A DNA stretch of 64,000 bases from an uncultured Rickettsiales bacterium (GCA_964476705.1 CAYZBM010000002.1:6980-70979), one strand, 5' to 3'; shown: positions 11,901 to 21,351, numbered from the stretch's first letter. A program made the numbers and translations. Notes: generated by a model not told the origin, from the sequence alone.

Positions 11901-13118
11901 AAAAAATTACAAAATTCTCCAGACAGTCCTCTAGTTTATAAAACTTTTGGTGCTTTAGAAGGAGAAATTACTAGAATCCAGCAATTAAAAGCCAAAGCTG
12001 AAGAAATTTATGATAAAAATTATAAGAGTTTATTGGGCTATAAATTTACTCCTTATGCGGAGTGTAGTTTATTAACTAAAGCTACCGAAATGGCTGGGAA
12101 TATTTATAAAAATGTAAAGGATAAAAAAGCAAAAGATTCTCCGCCTAATAAATTTTATGGAGTAGAACTTTTACCAGAAAGAAAAATTGACCAGAAAGAA
12201 CAATTCCAAAAAATATTCTTACAAGAATTTAGAGAAATATGCGGTAAACATTTAAATACTAACTTATTAGAAAGTAATCCTGAGCATAGTAATTTATTAA
12301 AAATTGCTGGAGACATTGGAGAAATTTTACATTTTACTACTGGTAGAGTAGCATTAGAGACATTAATTTGGGCGCCTAAATATTTACTCATAAAAGATAA
12401 AGCTGTTGCCCAAAAAGTTACTACTTATCTTCAAAATATGCCAGATGATTTTGCTCAACATTTAGAAAAGGCGGCGATAAAAATAAGCCAGATTTTAGGT
12501 GATAAAGGAACTCTTAAACCAGGCACTGAGAATAATTTAGCAGAAGAAATTCTAGGAAGCTATTTTGATGCCATAGCTAAAAATAAAGTTAATCCAGCAT
12601 TAAGTATAGAAAATCAAATAATTGCAGCAGCTCTTGGTGAAAAATATCCTAAAGAAGTAGCAAGCCTAATTACACCTGACATTAAAAAAGAATCTGAACA
12701 ACAATTTATTTTAAGTTTTTCCGGTACAATTATGGACTCATGCAAAGATCCTAAGGCGGAGGATTTAGCAATTAGCTGTTGGTTAGGACCTATACCTAGA
12801 GATAGAAATCCAAGAGAATATAGACAAGAGCAAATTGCAGAAATTTCTAAAACTGTAATTGCATCTCAAAATATTGAAATTGTATGTAATACAAATGGGG
12901 TGGACTATAAAAAAGCTGGTGAATATTATGCTAATGCTTTAAAAAAATCCTTAAGTGATGGTAGTGAAATAATGAAGCATAAAGGGGGCGATATAACAGA
13001 GGCTGCGGCTAATTTCGCCAAACAAGTATTAGATGATGTTAAGCCAGTTTATGGATCTCATAGTGCCGCATTTGCAAGTAAGGCTTCACGTGGTATAGAG
13101 CCTCATCAGGCTGGATAA
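8994..13118 (+). CDS. very large hypothetical protein (1374 aa, Lys/Glu-rich, predicted helical)
   Basis: 4.1-kb uninterrupted ORF with a TTG start 8 nt after AAGGG. No recognisable domain. Two short hydrophobic segments (around aa 385-415 and 765-790). Confidence 0.75.
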   Translation: MPSISKRSDEEVVDRKALFKDAYSFYVRKYLSAAIKNANLDPEENTSQSQSSYITSALKKHEESKKAESKAPQTFFGVLPNYIKLAQDIFRNRWNYIPAFLGGKSAANKKLAMMAKDLDLLDSAKINEAVEEVARSTDIEETASREEVIAQAKSLAAKTVKDLSQRRDLASSAPKQIANAALRRKDDKTTLNDAQKKEVFVNSFVSLLVKRGIKSDLRYFGLLSELDLDNKSEQQVITELKECTILLYDNPKFKDQISGGTRDEVENMAQIMARDVISAYDKDDFHADISEYNGRKDLVLLKGIIVGEKAKSGILTLDRMPKWVRGFEEIIHDNEDVLKKEVSSITPVKKAQEYFKKSCKRRLTGIFIEAIKQQTASNATKTNLWSLSASAAQAGVGPWGATAVIFGRKLLEGTQNSISEAGMLIGPDTAKRIFSYMEEQFKNVPKQDIEKHLEKIIDEAVEDISKNYTKNNSNVSTKDIDKTVTEYLERYVDLVRRGRYDPTKSMKDHMESAAAIKSRKLFHKTPKDYFKGERSFDSLAKDKDEVERDPEGLEEEFARSFAIKLYKLARKDKKQVVISNNYHLEDKIKSGIKNLKFDEHVVLQKLLGDLPGADSGQLRAKQVESLGRQLYKQYKAQVLIPETEKTIDIRKYAKRLAEYSYESANSSKFKKTVLQEGIAKDPRARLDLAIKMGKDKGNFITRLAHKVAVKLAKATPDVAVTEPKISSKSKDKQEQDKKETGNIFVEAGSTRAKDLLITSISRNVKVPKRTNSFALFFSIPTIVFAGINNPSHIFGALLDEARYLRSLKKQQNTENLFKIALTNSEGFDNDVKEAFDEIHKLFSGQINQLNDKGKVYFAYKIMEAYGKDVKDNRYNGGMPVKDQILSSVLKYPDVLKTLAIDKIQPKYLRNPKAKLDFKLEHIDIARVITITPEERKRQFVDAFTTKLAADFGIDSVTLDLDKHNRNELYKKLQNSPDSPLVYKTFGALEGEITRIQQLKAKAEEIYDKNYKSLLGYKFTPYAECSLLTKATEMAGNIYKNVKDKKAKDSPPNKFYGVELLPERKIDQKEQFQKIFLQEFREICGKHLNTNLLESNPEHSNLLKIAGDIGEILHFTTGRVALETLIWAPKYLLIKDKAVAQKVTTYLQNMPDDFAQHLEKAAIKISQILGDKGTLKPGTENNLAEEILGSYFDAIAKNKVNPALSIENQIIAAALGEKYPKEVASLITPDIKKESEQQFILSFSGTIMDSCKDPKAEDLAISCWLGPIPRDRNPREYRQEQIAEISKTVIASQNIEIVCNTNGVDYKKAGEYYANALKKSLSDGSEIMKHKGGDITEAAANFAKQVLDDVKPVYGSHSAAFASKASRGIEPHQAG

Positions 13119-13181
13119 TTAGATTATATATGATATATAGGTGAAGCATTTCTTGATCACTATTACAAAAGGCAGAATATT

Positions 13182-14147
13182 TTGAGTAAATCAGTTTGTT
13201 TAGAATTCCAAAATAATAAATTATCTATAGAGCTTTTTGGTCATAATAATGAGCATCTCAAATTAATTGAAAAAGCTTTAAAAGTGGCTATATCTATGCG
13301 AGGCAATAAGGTAGCTATCTCTGGAGATAAGGATTTTGTAGCAAAAGCCAAAAATATCTTACAAACATTATATGATTCTTTACAAGATGGAAATAATATC
13401 AGTAAATTTGAGGTGGAGGCAATAATAGCAATGTATAAAGAACAAAAGAATCATCAAAAACCTATAGATAATACAGCTATTAAAACTCCAAATCGTTTTG
13501 TAACTCCTTATTCTTTAAAGCAAAAACAATATGTAAAATTATTGCAAGAAAAAGAAATGGTTTTTGCTGAAGGTCCTGCAGGGACCGGCAAAACTTATTT
13601 AGCAGTTTCAGTTGCAGTTTCTATGTTTATTAATCATAATATTGAAAAAATTATTTTAAGCAGGCCAGCGGTTGAAGCGGGAGAGCGAATCGGTTTTTTA
13701 CCAGGAGATATGAAAGAAAAGGTCGATCCTTATATGCAGCCATTATATGATGCTCTATATGATATGCTGCCGCATGATAAAGTGCAAAAAAATTTACAAT
13801 CCGGGATATTTGAAATAGCGCCTCTGGCTTTTATGCGCGGCCGAACTTTAAAAAATGCTTTTATTATTTTAGATGAAGCTCAAAATGCTACCACTACACA
13901 AATGAAAATGTTTTTAACTAGGCTAGGTGAAGGCTCCAGAATGGTAATTAATGGCGATCTATCTCAAGTAGACTTACCAAATAATGTTCAAAGTGGTTTA
14001 AATGAAGCTATAGATAAGCTAAAAAATATTAAAGAAATTGGTTTTATAAAATTTAGTGGTAAAGATATAGTTAGGCATAAATTAGTAGCTAAAATAGTTA
14101 ATGCCTACCAGAAATATAGTAGATCAAGCAATGATTTTCCACTTTAA
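13182..14147 (+). CDS. phoH: PhoH-like ATPase (YbeZ); the last 10 codons plus stop are encoded by a MITE
   Basis: Walker A GPAGTGKT, ILDEAQN and VRHKLVAKIVNAY motifs. TTG start preceded by AAAGG. Confidence 0.93.
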   Translation: MSKSVCLEFQNNKLSIELFGHNNEHLKLIEKALKVAISMRGNKVAISGDKDFVAKAKNILQTLYDSLQDGNNISKFEVEAIIAMYKEQKNHQKPIDNTAIKTPNRFVTPYSLKQKQYVKLLQEKEMVFAEGPAGTGKTYLAVSVAVSMFINHNIEKIILSRPAVEAGERIGFLPGDMKEKVDPYMQPLYDALYDMLPHDKVQKNLQSGIFEIAPLAFMRGRTLKNAFIILDEAQNATTTQMKMFLTRLGEGSRMVINGDLSQVDLPNNVQSGLNEAIDKLKNIKEIGFIKFSGKDIVRHKLVAKIVNAYQKYSRSSNDFPL

Positions 14148-14235
14148 TTACTTACATAAATCATTGCTATGATGCTACATATCCCCTTCCGGGATCTATA
14201 AAAAATTTAGGCAATAGCAAGCTTTAACTGTTATA
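14115..14235 (+). mobile_element. MITE-1 family copy (modules A-B) overlapping the phoH 3' end
   Basis: TATAGTAGATCAAGCAATGATTTTCCACTTTAA...GCTTTAACTGTTATA, nearly identical to 27524-27650 and 46399-46525. Confidence 0.85.
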
Positions 14236-14283
14236 ATTTAATTTCAAACTTTCCCATTTTAAGAACAAAAAAGGAATTTAAGT

Positions 14284-14781
14284 ATGGAAATAATATCCGA
14301 TATAAATATTGAGAGCAATTTATGGACCAAAGATTTTCCAAATATTTTGGAACAAACTAACAATATTTGCGAGGAAATATTTAAGAATATTCCAGAAAGC
14401 AATAAAATTAAACAAATAGAAATTTCATTCTTATTAACTGATGATGCTAATATAAAAATAATTAACCGCGAATTTAGAAAAAAAGATAAAGCAACTAATG
14501 TTTTGTCCTTTCCTAGCGGAGAATATGCAGGAAATTTTAACAGTAAAGAAGATAGACTTTTTTTAGGTGATATAGCTTTAGCTTTTGAAACTATTAAAAA
14601 GGAAGCTCAATTGGAAGATAAAAAATTTATTGATCACTTTACTCATATGCTAGTTCATGGAATTTTACATCTATTAGGACATGATCATGAAAAAATAGAT
14701 GAGGCAGAAAAAATGGAGGCTTTGGAAATTAATATCCTTGCTAGTATGGGGATTAATGATCCATATATAAATTGCGAATAA
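14284..14781 (+). CDS. ybeY: rRNA maturation endoribonuclease YbeY
   Basis: Zinc motif HGILHLLGHDH. 165 aa. Conserved position after phoH. Confidence 0.95.
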   Translation: MEIISDINIESNLWTKDFPNILEQTNNICEEIFKNIPESNKIKQIEISFLLTDDANIKIINREFRKKDKATNVLSFPSGEYAGNFNSKEDRLFLGDIALAFETIKKEAQLEDKKFIDHFTHMLVHGILHLLGHDHEKIDEAEKMEALEINILASMGINDPYINCE

Positions 14782-14932
14782 TGCCTAAATAATATATTTA
14801 TACGCACAATTAATAGTTGTTTTGCGGAAACTGTGCCAATAATGCTGCAATTAGCTTGCAACTTTCCATTTACGAATGCTATAAAAATATAATATAATCT
14901 CAAAGCTTTGAGTAACCAAGGAATTAAAAATT

Positions 14933-15841
14933 ATGAGTAATGCAGATGATAATGCTAGTCTTGCCACCAAAGAGTTTGGCGGAGATAGTGAGTTATCGGA
15001 TAATAGTCTTGGCTTTATAGAAAAATCAGCAGCTAAATTAAAGAAAATGTTCTCGTTTAAAAGTAACTCTTTGGAAGAAGATGTTGCTGAGTTAATTAAT
15101 GAGCATGATCCAGATGGGACGTTAGTCGGTACAGAAGAGCGAGTTATCGTCCATAATCTAATGGGTTTAAGCGAGCGAACAGTAAGTGATGTTATGACTC
15201 AGAGGACAGATATAGTTTATATAGATTATTCTGTATCTTTAGAAGAATTACAAAAAATAGTTATCGAGACTGAACATACTAGATTTCCGGTATGTAAAAA
15301 TTCTTTGGATAATATTTGCGGATTTATACATATAAAAGATCTAATCCAAGTTTTATCGACAAGAAAAGATTTTCAGATGGACTCAATAATTAGGGAAGCA
15401 CTATATGTTCCTCCATCAATGAAAGTAGTAGATTTATTGGTTAGAATGCGAAATCAACGAATTCATATAGCGGTAGTTCTTGATGAATATGGTGGAACTG
15501 AAGGTCTGCTTACTATGGAAGATATTATGGAAGAAATAGTAGGTGATATAGCAGATGAGCATGATGATATTGAGGAGCCTGATTTTATTAAATTAGACGA
15601 AAATAATTATCAAGTTAAGGCTAGAATGGAAGTTAGGAAACTTGAAGAGCACATGAATGTTATGTTTAAAACTGGCGATGAGGATGAAGACTTTGATACA
15701 GTTGGAGGATTAATATTTTTTATGTTAGGACGGATTCCAGGAAAAGGTGAGGTGATTGAGCATAGTTCGGGAATTATTTTTGAAGTAACTGATGCCGATA
15801 TGCGAAAAATCAAAAAATTAATAGTAAAAAGACCGACATAA
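14933..15841 (+). CDS. tlyC: CBS-domain hemolysin C / CorC family protein
   Basis: Tandem CBS domains plus the CorC_HlyC C-terminal domain (GLIFFMLGRIP). Conserved ybeY-tlyC-lnt order. Confidence 0.9.
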   Translation: MSNADDNASLATKEFGGDSELSDNSLGFIEKSAAKLKKMFSFKSNSLEEDVAELINEHDPDGTLVGTEERVIVHNLMGLSERTVSDVMTQRTDIVYIDYSVSLEELQKIVIETEHTRFPVCKNSLDNICGFIHIKDLIQVLSTRKDFQMDSIIREALYVPPSMKVVDLLVRMRNQRIHIAVVLDEYGGTEGLLTMEDIMEEIVGDIADEHDDIEEPDFIKLDENNYQVKARMEVRKLEEHMNVMFKTGDEDEDFDTVGGLIFFMLGRIPGKGEVIEHSSGIIFEVTDADMRKIKKLIVKRPT

Positions 15842-15872
15842 TATTTTACAGATAATTATTTAGAGATTTATT

Positions 15873-17405
15873 ATGAGACTGGATTTAAGTAAAAGTCCTA
15901 AACTTACGGCATTTGTGCTAGGATTATTATTAGCATTGGCATTGCCTCCTTTTTATATTTTCCCATTAGCTTTTGTTGCGTTTAGTTTAATTCTAAAACT
16001 TTATGATAATACCAAGAATAAAAAAGAAGCTTTTAAGATTGGGTATTGGTTTGGATTTGGTTATTTTTTATTAGGTCTATATTGGATTTCAGCAGCCTTA
16101 CTTATTGATATAAAACAATTTGGTTGGATGATTCCTTTTGCTTTATTTGGTATTGCAGCAGTTGTTGCTGTCTATATTGGGTTAGTGTTTTATCTATTAT
16201 CTTACTTTAAGGCTAAGGGCTTTTTAAAGATTCTTATTTTTGCAGCTTTATGGACATTGGTTGAAGTTTTAAGGGGGATATTATTTACCGGCTTCCCGTG
16301 GAATCTGGTTGGTTATATTTGGAGTTTTTCTGATAGTGTAATTCAAACAGCAAGTGTAGTTGGTATTTGGGGATTAAGTTTTATAACTGTTGTGACTAGT
16401 AGTATTTTTTATTTAAAATTAACTTCAGATATATCGGCTAAAAAAAGTAACTTGTTTATTGCAGGTACGTTAGGTTTTTTCTGTATAATTAATAGTTTTG
16501 GTTATTTTAGGCTTTATTCGCACTCAACAGAGTTTGTACCAGGAGTTAATTTAAGAATTGTCCAAGCTAATATAAAGCAAGATCTTAAATGGGATGAGGG
16601 AGAAGTTTTTAATAATTTTAATAAACAAGTAGATTTGTCTTTATCTTCAGGTTATCAGGACATAACTCATATTATTTGGCCAGAATCTGCAATTCCTTAT
16701 TCTTTGGATGAAAATTCTAATCTCTTGAGTGTTTTAAAAGATATTGTGCCAAAAAATGGCTTATTAATTAGTGGTGCAGTAAGAAGAGAGCAAAGTCATG
16801 ATCCTTTATTTCCTGATATTTCTAGAAATATATGGAATTCAGTTTTAATTCTAGGCCGAAATAATAAAGCAGAATTTTATAATAAAAATCATTTAGTACC
16901 TTTTGGTGAGTATATACCTTTTAGGAATTTATTGCCCTTACCTATAAATAAAATAACTGGCGGAATGTTAGATTTTTCTGTAGGCGGGAGTAAAAAGATT
17001 TTTAATGCCGATAATTTTGTTAAATTTGCCCCAATTATTTGCTATGAAGTTATATTCCCAGATGGAATTGTTGATTCTAAAGAGCGACCTCAGGTCTTAA
17101 TAAATGTTACTAATGATGCTTGGTATGGTTATTCAACTGGTCCATTTCAACACTTTCAAATGGCAAGGATGAGATCTGTTGAACAAGGAATACCTCTTAT
17201 TAGAGCAGCTAATACCGGAATATCTGGAGTGGTTGATGCGTATGGTCGCGTGATAAAAAAATCGAACCTAGAAGAAGAAATTGTAATTGATTCAAAATTA
17301 CCTGTAGCATTAAGCGTCAAAACAATGTATGCTTATATCGGCGCCATTGGCGTTGTTATGCCTTTGCTGTTTTTCTTGTTTGTGTTTTACTATAAATTAA
17401 GATAG
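15873..17405 (+). CDS. lnt: apolipoprotein N-acyltransferase
   Basis: N-terminal multi-TM region with FPWN motif, and a C-terminal nitrilase-like domain (ICYE, NDAWYG). 510 aa. Confidence 0.94.
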   Translation: MRLDLSKSPKLTAFVLGLLLALALPPFYIFPLAFVAFSLILKLYDNTKNKKEAFKIGYWFGFGYFLLGLYWISAALLIDIKQFGWMIPFALFGIAAVVAVYIGLVFYLLSYFKAKGFLKILIFAALWTLVEVLRGILFTGFPWNLVGYIWSFSDSVIQTASVVGIWGLSFITVVTSSIFYLKLTSDISAKKSNLFIAGTLGFFCIINSFGYFRLYSHSTEFVPGVNLRIVQANIKQDLKWDEGEVFNNFNKQVDLSLSSGYQDITHIIWPESAIPYSLDENSNLLSVLKDIVPKNGLLISGAVRREQSHDPLFPDISRNIWNSVLILGRNNKAEFYNKNHLVPFGEYIPFRNLLPLPINKITGGMLDFSVGGSKKIFNADNFVKFAPIICYEVIFPDGIVDSKERPQVLINVTNDAWYGYSTGPFQHFQMARMRSVEQGIPLIRAANTGISGVVDAYGRVIKKSNLEEEIVIDSKLPVALSVKTMYAYIGAIGVVMPLLFFLFVFYYKLR

Positions 17406-17474
17406 AAAGAGCAATCTTTGATCAACCCATGATTATAAAAGTAAGAATATAATTAGAATTTTAGGTGTTATATT

Positions 17475-17966
17475 ATGAAAGAAAATAGACCGCATCCGGT
17501 GGATATACATGTAGGTAGACGTCTAAGATCAAGGCGTACTATGATGGGATTAAGCCAAGAAGCTCTTGGGGAGGCTGTTGATATTACCTTTCAACAAATT
17601 CAAAAATATGAGCGTGGCTATAACCGCATTGGTTCGAGCAGGCTATATGAATTTGCTTGTATTTTAGATATTAATGTTGGATATTTTTTTGATGAATATG
17701 ATGTTAATGCGCCTACAGATACAGAATATGTTTCTGATAGCGGAGATACAGAAAATAATTCTGAAGCTGCCAGCAGTAAAGAAATTTTAACTCTAATTAG
17801 ATCTTATCATGGTATACCTGACGAAGGTGTAAGAAGGAAAATATTATCATTAATGAGGTCTTTGACGACTTATAAAGATTTTAATCCTAATGCTGATACT
17901 CAAAATGATACTGCCAATAATTCTAGCGTAAATGATGAAGCTAGAATTAAAGTATTTTCTAGTTAA
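17475..17966 (+). CDS. XRE-family helix-turn-helix transcriptional regulator
   Basis: HVGRRLRSRRTMMGLSQEALGEAVDITFQQIQKYERGYNRI is a canonical HTH_XRE segment. The C-terminal tail is acidic and low-complexity. Confidence 0.85.
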   Translation: MKENRPHPVDIHVGRRLRSRRTMMGLSQEALGEAVDITFQQIQKYERGYNRIGSSRLYEFACILDINVGYFFDEYDVNAPTDTEYVSDSGDTENNSEAASSKEILTLIRSYHGIPDEGVRRKILSLMRSLTTYKDFNPNADTQNDTANNSSVNDEARIKVFSS

Positions 17967-17987
17967 AAATAAATCTTAAGTTGATAT

Positions 17988-18632
17988 ATGACTAAGCTAA
18001 TTTTTGCTGTTCCTAAAGGACGAATACTTGAGGAACTTCTACCTATTTTACAAAGAGCTGGAATTATACCAGAGGCTAGTTTTTTTGATTTAGAATCAAG
18101 ACAATTGCGCTTTACTACTAATCATCCTAATTTAGATATTATTAGGGTTAGAAGTTTTGATGTAGCAGCCTTTGTTGCCTTCGGTGCGGCTTGCATGGGA
18201 GTTGTTGGTAAAGATGTTTTACTTGAATTTCCTTATGAAGAAATTTACGCTCCTATTGATCTTAAAATTGGCAAATGCAGATTATCTATGGCTGGTTTAA
18301 AACACGCTAAACAGAATGATATTAATTCTAGTCATGTTCGTGTAGCAACTAAATATCCAAAAGCAACCCAAGATTATTTTGCTAAAAAAGCGATTCAAGC
18401 CGAATGTATTAAACTAAATGGTGCTATTGAATTGGCGCCAAGTTTAGGATTATGTTCTTATATTGTTGATTTAGTTTCTAGTGGCAATACTCTCACGGCT
18501 AATAATTTAGTTGAGGTTGATAAAATAGCGGATATTTCTTCTTATTTAGTATTAAATAGAACGCTCTATAAAACAGAAGGGCATTTAATTAAACCTTATG
18601 TTGATGGTATAGTTGGAGCGTTAAATGGTTAG
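17988..18632 (+). CDS. hisG: ATP phosphoribosyltransferase, short form
   Basis: [14 protein letters not shown]-terminus and DLVSSGNTL motif. 214 aa, the HisZ-dependent type. Confidence 0.9.
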   Translation: MTKLIFAVPKGRILEELLPILQRAGIIPEASFFDLESRQLRFTTNHPNLDIIRVRSFDVAAFVAFGAACMGVVGKDVLLEFPYEEIYAPIDLKIGKCRLSMAGLKHAKQNDINSSHVRVATKYPKATQDYFAKKAIQAECIKLNGAIELAPSLGLCSYIVDLVSSGNTLTANNLVEVDKIADISSYLVLNRTLYKTEGHLIKPYVDGIVGALNG

Positions 18633-19905
18633 ATTTCTTTGGCAAAAAGATAGTAATTTTTGGACAGATTTAGCCAAACTTCATGAAAGTGAGTCTTCTT
18701 ACTTACATGATGTGGATAAAAATGTGGATAAGATTATCGCGGATATAAAAGAATTTGGTGATAAAAGTCTAGTTGATTATACTCTTAAGTTTGACGGTCA
18801 CGATAATATTTTAGTTACTAAAGCTGAAATAGATGAAGCAATAAAACAATGTGATAAACAAGTATATGCGGCTTTAATTGCTGCAAAAGAAAGAATCTTT
18901 GCTTATCATCAAAAACAACTACCTCAAGATTTTGATTATGTTGACAATATTGGAGTACGCTTAGGTAATCTATGGCGGGCTATAGATAAAGTTGGAGTAT
19001 ATGTTCCTGGAGGATTAGCTTCTTATCCAAGTTCAGTGCTAATGAATGCGATCCCGGCGATTGTTGCTGGAGTTAAATCTATTTCGATGGTAGTTCCGGC
19101 ACCAAAAAATCAAATTAGTCCTTATGTGTTGGCTGCGGCTAACATACTTGGCATTGAAAAAATATATAAAATTGGTGGAGCGCAGGCAGTTGCAGCTTTG
19201 GCTTATGGCACAGAGACTATACATAAAGTTGATAAAATAGTAGGTCCAGGGAATATCTATGTAGCTACGGCTAAACGTAAATTATTTGGTCAAGTTGGAA
19301 TTGACATGATTGCCGGTCCTTCTGAAATTATGGTAGTTGCCGATAAAAATAATAATCCAGAATGGGTGGCCGCTGACTTATTGTCACAAGCTGAACATGA
19401 TAAAGATGCTAGCGCAATATTAGTTACTGATAATAAAGAGTTCGCAGATAAAGTTATTAAACAAATAGATTTATTTTTAGCTAAATTTACGCGGAAAGAT
19501 ATCACTAAAGCTAGTTGGGATAATAATGGTTTAGTTATTATTTTAGATAATTTAAGTGCTGTAAATAAAGTAATAAATCTTTTTGCGCCAGAGCATTTAG
19601 AATTATGTTTAGATGATGATTTTATCGCCAATTTATTACCGCAGATTAATAATGCGGGAGCAATATTTTTAGGTAAATATACTCCGGAGGCTATTGGTGA
19701 TTACATAGCCGGGCCTTCTCATGTGCTTCCTACTTCGGGAACTGCAAGATTTTCTTCTGGATTGTCAGTATATGATTTCTTAAAAAGAATATCTCTAATT
19801 GGCTGTAAACCTGAATCATTTGCTTCTCTGGCAAAAAATACTGAAATTTTAGCCACAGCTGAGCATTTAGAAGCTCATGCTTTATCTATATCTATCAGAG
19901 ATTAG
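18625..19905 (+). CDS. hisD: histidinol dehydrogenase
   Basis: Motifs [28 protein letters not shown] and APEHLEL. 8-nt overlap with hisG. Confidence 0.95.
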   Translation: MVRFLWQKDSNFWTDLAKLHESESSYLHDVDKNVDKIIADIKEFGDKSLVDYTLKFDGHDNILVTKAEIDEAIKQCDKQVYAALIAAKERIFAYHQKQLPQDFDYVDNIGVRLGNLWRAIDKVGVYVPGGLASYPSSVLMNAIPAIVAGVKSISMVVPAPKNQISPYVLAAANILGIEKIYKIGGAQAVAALAYGTETIHKVDKIVGPGNIYVATAKRKLFGQVGIDMIAGPSEIMVVADKNNNPEWVAADLLSQAEHDKDASAILVTDNKEFADKVIKQIDLFLAKFTRKDITKASWDNNGLVIILDNLSAVNKVINLFAPEHLELCLDDDFIANLLPQINNAGAIFLGKYTPEAIGDYIAGPSHVLPTSGTARFSSGLSVYDFLKRISLIGCKPESFASLAKNTEILATAEHLEAHALSISIRD

Positions 19906-19997
19906 TATCAATATTGAAAAATCAGTTGCTTTATTGCTGGTTTTAGGGTAATGCACAGTGTGTTTTAAAGAATAATTTCAAGAAAGATTTGTATATT

Positions 19998-20219
19998 ATG
20001 GCGAAAGAGGAACTAATAGAATTTGAAGGTGTGGTACTAGAGTTATTACCAAATGCCATGTTCCGTATAAAATTGGATAATGGTCATGAAATCTTAGGAC
20101 ATACTTCAGGAAGAATGCGGAAAAATAGAATTAGAGTTTTAGTTGGCGATAAAGTTACCGTTGAAATGACTCCTTATGATCTTACTAAGGGCCGAGTTAT
20201 TCACCGTCATAAAAACTAA
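19998..20219 (+). CDS. infA: translation initiation factor IF-1
   Basis: [13 protein letters not shown]...[17 protein letters not shown] chose the ATG at 19998 over the TTG at 19989 to give the canonical 72-73 aa length. Confidence 0.95.
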   Translation: MAKEELIEFEGVVLELLPNAMFRIKLDNGHEILGHTSGRMRKNRIRVLVGDKVTVEMTPYDLTKGRVIHRHKN

Positions 20220-20243
20220 TATAATTTAAAAGAGTATAACATT

Positions 20244-20813
20244 ATGGCAAAGCTGATCTTAGCATCATCTTCTGAGAGAAGATTATGGCTACTTGAACGG
20301 ATTGGAATTAAGCCAGATTTGATTATTCCTGCCGATATAGATGAATCTCAACATAAAAAAGAAAAAAATACTGATTATGTTGATAGAATGTCTAGAGAAA
20401 AACTAGCTAAAGTTGCTAAAGATAACCGGGGAAGTATAATTATTGCCGCGGATACTATAGTTATATCCAGAGGTCGGATTTTGCCTAAAGCTGAGACAGA
20501 TGAGCAAGTAAGATATTGCTTAAATAGTATGTCAGGTAGAGCTCATAGAGTTATTACTTCAGTTTCTGGAATTTCTGCCAATCAAGATAGAATTATTACC
20601 AAGAAAATTTGTACTCGGGTTATTTTTAAAAAATTAAGCGAATCTGAAATTGAGGCTTATGTGCTCGGTAAAGAAGGTTTAGGTAAAGCAGGCGGCTATG
20701 CCATACAGGCCTATGCAGATTCTTTTGTATTGTCACTTAATGGCTCTTATAGCAATATAGTTGGACTGCCTTTATATACTACCAAAAATATTCTCACCAC
20801 TTTAGGTTATTAA
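20244..20813 (+). CDS. maf: Maf-like nucleoside triphosphate pyrophosphatase
   Basis: LILASSSERR, AADT, and GKAGGYAIQ motifs. 189 aa. Confidence 0.92.
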   Translation: MAKLILASSSERRLWLLERIGIKPDLIIPADIDESQHKKEKNTDYVDRMSREKLAKVAKDNRGSIIIAADTIVISRGRILPKAETDEQVRYCLNSMSGRAHRVITSVSGISANQDRIITKKICTRVIFKKLSESEIEAYVLGKEGLGKAGGYAIQAYADSFVLSLNGSYSNIVGLPLYTTKNILTTLGY

Positions 20814-20825
20814 ATTGATTCTTTA

Positions 20826-20935
20826 TGGTAATTTTGTCGTTGAAGTTGATTTAGCTGTACTCATCCCGGATTAAATCCTGGACAGGCTCATACTAAAATA
20901 CGCTGCGCTAACTAAAGCAACTTCGCCTAAAAATT
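20826..20935. repeat. repeat family 2: ~110-bp hairpin element
   Basis: The 5' motif TGGTAATTTTGTCGTT recurs at 55812. Arms CGTTGAAGTTGATTTAGC / GCTAACTAAAGCAACTTCG are inverted repeats. The core TCCCGGATTAAATCCTGGACAGG recurs inside the MITE at 63669-63692. Confidence 0.6.
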
Positions 20936-20995
20936 CCTCAAAAATAATCAATTTAAGACCGTTATATCGAAAAATCTTTTAATTAAATTAAGTTT

Positions 20996-21151
20996 ATGCC
21001 TTGTCCAATTTGTAAAAAAACAGCAGATGAAAAATATAAGCCCTTTTGTAGTAAAAGATGCGCAGATGTCGATCTGGGTCATTGGTTTATGGGTTCTTAT
21101 GCGGTAGGAGCGGTAGAGAATGAGGATGATAAAGAGGAAAATACAGAATAA
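20996..21151 (+). CDS. yacG: DNA gyrase inhibitor YacG (zinc-finger protein, 51 aa); not in the supplied ORF track
   Basis: Own translation: MPCPICKKTADEKYKPFCSKRCADVDLGHWFMGSYAVGAVENEDDKEENTE. Shows the CPxC...CSxRC zinc finger and DLxxW motif. Conserved infA-maf-yacG order in Alphaproteobacteria. Confidence 0.85.
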   Translation: MPCPICKKTADEKYKPFCSKRCADVDLGHWFMGSYAVGAVENEDDKEENTE

Positions 21152-21167
21152 TAGGCTCTTCATCAAA

Positions 21168-21191
21168 TATAGTATTTCTTAATCTACTATA
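21168..21191 (-). repeat. 24-bp mini-copy of MITE-1 (two termini only)
   Basis: TATAGTATTT-CTTAATCTACTATA equals the two ends of the 58119-58294 copy with the interior deleted. Confidence 0.55.
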
Positions 21192-21213
21192 TTTGGAATA
21201 TAAGAGAAAAGCC

Positions 21214-21289
21214 TGGTGCCCAGAGGCGGAATCGAACCACCGACACAGGGATTTTCAGTCCCTTGCTCTACCGACTGAGCTATCTGGGC
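21214..21289 (-). tRNA. tRNA-Phe (anticodon GAA), CCA encoded
   Basis: Reverse complement is GCCCAGATAGCTCAGTCGGTAGAGCAAGGGACTGAAAATCCCTGTGTCGGTGGTTCGATTCCGCCTCTGGGCACCA. 76 nt. Confidence 0.95.
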
Positions 21290-21351
21290 AAAAAGATATT
21301 GAGGCTTTATAATACAAAAGATGTAGCCTGTCTAGTAATAGTTTTGAGTAT

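Noticed and set aside
10901-12391. Three minus-strand ORFs (151, 62 and 78 aa) inside the 1374-aa gene
   Set aside because: They are antisense shadow ORFs. The 4.1-kb plus-strand frame is far less likely to be open by chance in this AT-rich sequence.
14130-14175. MITE module A hairpin (AATGATTTT...AAATCATT) as Fur boxes, given the fur gene in the window
   Set aside because: There is only partial resemblance to half of the GATAATGATAATCATTATC consensus. The arms are separated by ~26 nt, and the motif is explained by the repeat family.
18625-18632. hisG/hisD 8-nt overlap as a possible frameshift or fusion
   Set aside because: It is an ordinary ATG-within-stop-region overlap (ATGGTTAG) typical of translationally coupled operon genes. 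Both products are full length.
20948-21166. 72-aa minus-strand ORF from the track
   Set aside because: The opposite strand encodes a recognisable YacG zinc-finger protein in its conserved syntenic position.
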